From: Giardia intestinalis
Lineage: Eukaryota
Direction: 5' to 3' (one strand)
Length of the DNA stretch: 64,000 nt
Assembly (NCBI GenBank): GCA_000002435.2
Contig: CM018789.1
The stretch's first letter is position 1; each line of letters starts with the position of its first letter. The notes beneath the pieces were generated by a model. That model saw nothing but the letters and a program-made list of their open reading frames with translations, searched no databases and was not told the origin of the DNA. This document shows positions 60,401 through 64,000 of the stretch, in pieces. Position numbers and translations under genes: made by a program.

Positions 60401-61792
60401 GTTTCCAAGGACTACCCCGTGGAGCATCATGTTGATGCACTCGTTGAGCGTCTGGAAGGAGAGAGAGGAGTCCTTCTGGCTCTTGTTCGCCATGAGTTCT
60501 CTGAAGTACCGCATCTTCTTGTCCTTGGCAGTCCTGTCGACGTAGAAGGACGCCTGGATGCAGGGCAGGTGGTGGTAGTAGCTGCATGTCACGAGGGCGA
60601 AGATGAACTCGCAGAGAAACAGCCTTACCCCCACAGACATACGACCGGTATTTGTGATGGTCTTGAGAAGGTCAAACACAAGCGAGAGAAGCACCGTTCC
60701 GCGGTGTGGGCTGTTGTAGTCCTTCAGCAGGCGGAAGCTCAGGATGGACTCTATGTAGTCTATGCAGGACAGCTGTTGGTATCCTTCGAAGATGCACAGG
60801 GCGGAGAGGAGAAACAGGCAGGACACTAACAGCATTCGGACCCTAACGTTCTGGGACGGAGTTGTGCCCTCTGGTATAGACACGATAAGAGGGTCCCTGT
60901 GGGCATCGACAAGAATGTTGAGGCATAGATTTATCAGCTGGTTGGATCTAAACTGCTTGCGGGGGTCGACCAGCTCGTGGACTGTAAAGTAGACTCCAGA
61001 GATCGTCGGGTCTGCAGGCAAAAACGGCTGCCCTGAGCGAAGTCTTGGCCGCAATAGGTCCACCACCCGAGAGGGATACTCGGTGTCTATGCAGTATGGA
61101 ATGTATGGTAGGAGACGGGTGAGCAGGGATAGGCATGGGTCCAGGACGTGCAGGTGCCCCCGGCACGCGGGCAGGCTAAGCTCCAGGGCATTGGCCAGCA
61201 CCAGGAACGCCCGTCCGTCCGCACACTCATTTGCGATATAGTGCAGCCTCCCTAGGACGAGCCCCTCGTACAGGAGCACAGAGGCGCACACATAGGACGC
61301 GACGACCACGTGGCGGAGGGCTTGGTCCGAGGAGTCCCTCTGCCTGAGGACAGGGAGCAGGTGCTGCAGTAAGGCCTCTGACGCGCCGGCTGCCGACATC
61401 CCAGAGTGCAATTCTGTCCATAGGTAAGCGTCCGAGTGTGCTGCCCTTCCTCCTATCGGCCTTAGCTTCACTGCAACGGTCTCCACGTGGTCCTGGGAGG
61501 CATCGCAAGAGTGGAGAAGTGGCGGGAAGAAGTGGTCTCTTCCTAGGGTTGCAATGTCTGGGGCTGCGAAGTGGAGGAAGGCGGCATGGAGTGCCGCGGG
61601 GAAGGATGAATCGCGGTCGTTGATCACTCCGTCTACTGTCCACTTGTACCTCAGTAGCGTCTTTGTGTCCATAGAACCGTGCTGCCCGTCGAGCCAGGGA
61701 GAGATCCAAATGTGCTGGAATTTTGGTTTTGGGGCACCTCTGTCCACTGTCCTTACACCGAGTGATAGAGCCACTTCGTCAGTGGGTGCCAT
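57497..61792 (-). CDS. Large Upf1-like superfamily-1 helicase (1431 aa) with an N-terminal region of about 830 aa of unknown function. The architecture is Aquarius/SEN1-like but unconfirmed.
   Basis: The C-terminal third has SF1 motifs. Walker A is LILGCPGSGKSTS. Motif II-like is HIIIEEAARL, degenerate relative to DEAAQ. Motif III is LILIGDVLQLPP. Motif V is TSDGYQGLEADVVFLS. Motif VI is VAVSRARRLFVCIGA. ATG is at 61790-61792. Confidence 0.75.
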   Translation of the reverse strand: MAPTDEVALSLGVRTVDRGAPKPKFQHIWISPWLDGQHGSMDTKTLLRYKWTVDGVINDRDSSFPAALHAAFLHFAAPDIATLGRDHFFPPLLHSCDASQDHVETVAVKLRPIGGRAAHSDAYLWTELHSGMSAAGASEALLQHLLPVLRQRDSSDQALRHVVVASYVCASVLLYEGLVLGRLHYIANECADGRAFLVLANALELSLPACRGHLHVLDPCLSLLTRLLPYIPYCIDTEYPSRVVDLLRPRLRSGQPFLPADPTISGVYFTVHELVDPRKQFRSNQLINLCLNILVDAHRDPLIVSIPEGTTPSQNVRVRMLLVSCLFLLSALCIFEGYQQLSCIDYIESILSFRLLKDYNSPHRGTVLLSLVFDLLKTITNTGRMSVGVRLFLCEFIFALVTCSYYHHLPCIQASFYVDRTAKDKKMRYFRELMANKSQKDSSLSFQTLNECINMMLHGVVLGNIMHRYDTGTLFLCSTLLAPACSLGYLWVKSYHSLAEIYSAITVKLLSDSSTFCNPKHTIRGLTFEDSGRLALYVDEEAVRGRIRYGDNGRLEQYPFIYQVALPEKTIQAIYVARTCQLCSQLRKGMDDCTSTDKTTSVFNIQLAEAEFDTYMLREAYGAYAISPGSLAFYISWTHPSVSLHLDAAQCIAEYLLDLYYRRFDDMSPNFSALALGRYDKLRLPCNSCICYGYAAVSDRDPSYIEGAMGSIYQALTTMHRTPVHLRLSPASSADPRTSILIDISSIDLEVEPCRVTLTEPALEVGTQLVPRKQLLTEKTLRPSQFKALVYAVLSPLLLILGCPGSGKSTSLSLISKVLLLTKGADSKWIRTSLDIATGDAEWRAFSSAYASSIRTYASCLDMLTDIHLGMQLFLVAHSNNAADQLAKYILTADNWAAYTIPFTVRIGERSSDPFVRNFMPLQYLVNVATELRVTEIDFAEMQNEISSRPSRAFSALSKKILRYCEANRDSLPIRSRKYNLLKFILSDYMVYISWLMNHATIVVGTISGVSSRVQFLQKQSERFEGDPLDVRERGHQMIQTIVDVVGGKSTSKKANRRTANGDLAMRMINYRCQKNPARHIIIEEAARLAEHELALLLLLTFDKLILIGDVLQLPPLIQDCKLTSTAALDWSLFHRLCYSSREGIPIVTLEEQARSVPEIADLYRSLYESRLPKSCCIKGGLRDIPNVTFKSYVDLVILSEFKGRCFFCLPDNLDKPAVQRSQINNLLKNIHERIALCPPPIIQSSDTKKLLPDMTDTRNCCISEQEKNAALILLLRIVYRIISNSSAPQSKTLLLYSPAINAYEVSISVALLSLYHSQKQYILSDPVIAVLRNMCSDTTFTIDSDTHLKVRLNLDVETSDGYQGLEADVVFLSLSGPRGNEFRNNLCRSLVAVSRARRLFVCIGAVDQYDNQIWRNVSNTVPCPGVQTVM

Positions 61793-62359
61793 AGACCCCA
61801 GTTTGGTAGTGTTATGGGTCTCAGTGATGGCCCCACTTCTTCACGAGTGCCGTAGCCGGCATCTCCGTCACTGCGGTCATCGTCGGGGACCTCGTCAGCT
61901 TTCTCTGCCGGTGGTTCGTATGTAGACTTAAACGTATACTTAAGTAATAGACGTGTCATCAATAAGTCCCGACATTTGCCCTTTAACAGACAAAACATCT
62001 AACTTGTTTTTACCGAGACACGCACAGTACAAATACAGAGGTCTACCACATAGATTGGCTATCCCTTAAGCAGAGCTCACTGACTAATGCCAGTGCGCGT
62101 ATGGATGTTATTACTTCTTGCTAAATAATCTAGAAGATAATGGAGGCGGTATTCTGCGTTAAGCAATCTGCTTGGCCGCAGCCAACGAGATTGCGACATC
62201 GAGACAGAGTAACTGAATTCTTGGGAAAAACATAACATGATATTCCCAGTTGTAGACACTTTCGGTAGAAAGACGCAGTGTGGATCTATGAGCGAATTCG
62301 AGAGCTAGCACAGCCCTTGGTTCAAAAATCTAATCCTTTAATTTGCTCATTGTTAAACA

Positions 62360-63999
62360 ATGGGCTTAGAAGTATTTCTATCCCGTCGTCGCCTCAATTT
62401 GACGCGCTTATGCGAGGCTTTAACCCCCACTGTCCCACTCAAGCAAGGAGTGTCTGGAATCTATACCTTGTATTTCATGGATGTATGTGCTATGATCTCA
62501 TCTCCTACCCCCCATCGCGTGCCTGTCGAGCTCCCCAATGGGACTGTGGAGTACATATTTCTTCAACCTTATCTCTCAGCCCTGTATATCCACTTCAAAC
62601 GTGAAGTCAAGCACGAACCTATTTGGTTCTGTGAGGGGCTTCCATTTCACGAAAGACCATTCTTTGCCACTAAGATCAGAGAGTTGTGTGATTTATACCC
62701 TATACTCCTTGGAACAACATCTGCAGAGCTTGACACTCAAGCTAGTTTCATTTCTGTCCAGTGGCTTGTTGTTCGCTCCAGTATTAACACCCACATGCTA
62801 GATTTTATTCTTACATCCCAAGGTTCTTGCATGTGTGACTGTGGTGTAGATAACGTCTCTCACCCCGCTCCCACAGTCCGACCATCAGTTTGTAAAGATG
62901 CAGAAGTGATCACATATACTAGACAAGCTCTTTCTACAGAGCCTTCTGCTAGCATAGAAGCGGGATTCACGGTTGATCCGGGGACATCCATCACCGCACA
63001 TGCCAGCCAACTGACGACCTATCAGAACTCCTTGGTTGAACTCCACGAAAGTGCTGCATCAGATTGTAATTACTCAACGCTTCAGCAAAATAAAAACTAT
63101 CACGATCCCATAGATATCCTTGACGAAGCTATTACTCAAGGAAGGGAAATACGCTGCTGTCTTCACTGCGGTTTTCCCATTTTGCCAGGCTTTCTATCTA
63201 GTAGGCGGGGCATGACTTCGTTTCTTACTTCTTTCAATTTCAGGTATGCGCCCCCTGGAGCGAGTCTTTCGTCAGCTGGGACCATTGACGGCTTTCTTTT
63301 AAGCCGGCCCATCGACAGCCCAACAGCCTCTGCGAGGTCACCACCGAGAGGACTGACTTCATCTGTCCTTAAGATGGACGATTTCGATAGCATATTTGCA
63401 GGCAGTGTCTTTATCAATTCCTTACAAGCCATGCTTCCACCGCCCTTAACACTTCTGTTAGACACCAAGGCTGAGCTGGCAGAGTTTGATGCATCTGCCG
63501 TGGCCCTCGAGAATTCCACCGTGATTACCATCAATAAACTTCAGCAGAAGAGCTTCTTATCACGGCGGTCCCGCAACCTGGTGAACCATCGCAAGTCTAA
63601 TTCTGGGATTTCAGTTTCTCATCATATAAGAAAGGCAAGTACCATGGTTTCTCTCAGCAATAACGTCAGTCTATGCGCTTACCAGGGAGTGGAATCCTTT
63701 ACAAATGCAAGCATGGAGGAGGATCCGATTCAGTCTCCCTGCAACCTATCCTGTAGTGATACCTCTCCTATGAGAACTACGCTTGCAGATAGCAAAGCAG
63801 ACCACGCCAGAGAGCTTAATGCAGATTTACACGGAGGGCAGAACCATGCAAGAAATGTTCTTAAGCAAGGACCTATTGGAAGACAGACCTTAGATATAAC
63901 TATTACAGATAAGAAACCTGATAGTTGTTCAAAGTCTGCGAAAGTTGTTGGAGTTAATCCGTTCACACAGCAATGGCTAGAATCTGACCGAATTAGCCC
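62360..63999 (+). CDS. Hypothetical protein, 3'-partial. It is open to the window end, is more than 540 aa, and is absent from the supplied ORF track.
   Basis: By manual translation, the frame starting at ATG 62360 (preceded by in-frame TAA at 62354) shows no stop through base 63999 (MGLEVFLSRRRLNLTRLCEGLTP...CMCDCGVDNVS...CCLHCGFPILPGF...VVGVNPFTQQWLESDRISP). Base composition is AT-richer than the neighbouring genes. Confidence 0.45.
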   Translation, partial: MGLEVFLSRRRLNLTRLCEALTPTVPLKQGVSGIYTLYFMDVCAMISSPTPHRVPVELPNGTVEYIFLQPYLSALYIHFKREVKHEPIWFCEGLPFHERPFFATKIRELCDLYPILLGTTSAELDTQASFISVQWLVVRSSINTHMLDFILTSQGSCMCDCGVDNVSHPAPTVRPSVCKDAEVITYTRQALSTEPSASIEAGFTVDPGTSITAHASQLTTYQNSLVELHESAASDCNYSTLQQNKNYHDPIDILDEAITQGREIRCCLHCGFPILPGFLSSRRGMTSFLTSFNFRYAPPGASLSSAGTIDGFLLSRPIDSPTASARSPPRGLTSSVLKMDDFDSIFAGSVFINSLQAMLPPPLTLLLDTKAELAEFDASAVALENSTVITINKLQQKSFLSRRSRNLVNHRKSNSGISVSHHIRKASTMVSLSNNVSLCAYQGVESFTNASMEEDPIQSPCNLSCSDTSPMRTTLADSKADHARELNADLHGGQNHARNVLKQGPIGRQTLDITITDKKPDSCSKSAKVVGVNPFTQQWLESDRIS

Positions 64000-64000
64000 A

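Noticed and set aside
1-64000. Prokaryote-type features: CRISPR arrays, operons, defence islands, integrases, tRNA-flanked islands, Shine-Dalgarno sites
   Set aside because: The sequence is eukaryotic (Giardia-type VSP and HCMP genes, HSP70 with GGMP repeats, AGTAAAY poly(A) signals). There are no repeat-spacer arrays, and the only tandem or inverted repeats are the large duplications described.
1-64000. Telomeric (TAGGG)n repeats, rRNA genes and tRNA genes
   Set aside because: I found no TAGGG tandem runs. No stretch has the conserved rRNA cores or a tRNA T-loop (GTTCGA/GTTCAA plus acceptor stem) in the intergenic gaps I read. Small tRNAs could still be missed by eye.

Overview
This window looks like a nuclear chromosome segment from a diplomonad of the Giardia lamblia / intestinalis type. 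A variant-specific surface protein (VSP) ends in the invariant ...CRGKA tail and is followed by an AGTAAAT poly(A) signal a few bases past the stop. There are two high-cysteine membrane proteins (HCMPs), two proteins with TALM-type ankyrin repeats (one fused to a degenerate NEK-like kinase domain, one to a RING finger), and an SF-assemblin/giardin-family gene. Genes are tightly packed with short AT-rich promoter-like stretches ahead of start codons. I saw no intron signals in the genes I could align. GC-rich coding regions throw up long spurious antisense ORFs. The supplied ORF track uses GTG/TTG as starts, so I moved several starts to the first plausible ATG.

The window has three parts.

- Positions 1-7.6 kb are a VSP/HCMP locus built as a 2.35-kb near-perfect inverted duplication. 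A full-length VSP (5' end lies outside the window) faces a 5'-truncated VSP copy tail-to-tail, with a GC-rich flank, across a 2.5-kb spacer that carries an HCMP gene.

- Positions 8.4-42.8 kb are a conserved housekeeping core. Confident calls: NADH oxidase, prefoldin subunit 3, a CAAX protease (CPBP/Rce1 family), cytosolic HSP70, IMP4, an ankyrin-RING protein, an SF-assemblin family protein, a P4-ATPase flippase, prenyltransferase alpha subunit, ZC3H15/DFRP1, ribosomal P2 and a second HCMP. Lower-confidence calls: a divergent actin-related protein and a CK1-like kinase.

- Positions 42.8-54.1 kb are a repeat-bounded accessory block. Two direct copies of a 2.47-kb GC-rich element lie 8,743 bp apart and differ by about 1 bp. 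Each copy carries a recognisable but dead non-LTR reverse-transcriptase remnant (GilD-like: ...LSAHADDTLIF...GLVKQHGSTVNTDK... interrupted by a stop). Between them sit the NEK-like/ankyrin gene and a 3.7-kb AT-rich, nearly ORF-free island. The island holds a perfect 97-bp inverted-repeat pair enclosing about 920 bp, and a gene for an AlbA_2/Schlafen-like domain protein.

Downstream are a hypothetical protein, a GT41 (O-GlcNAc transferase) C-terminal-lobe fragment with an in-frame TGA upstream, a 1431-aa Upf1-like SF1 helicase, and an ORF of more than 540 aa that runs off the 3' edge and is absent from the ORF track.

I found no rRNA, tRNA, telomeric repeats or prokaryotic-style systems.
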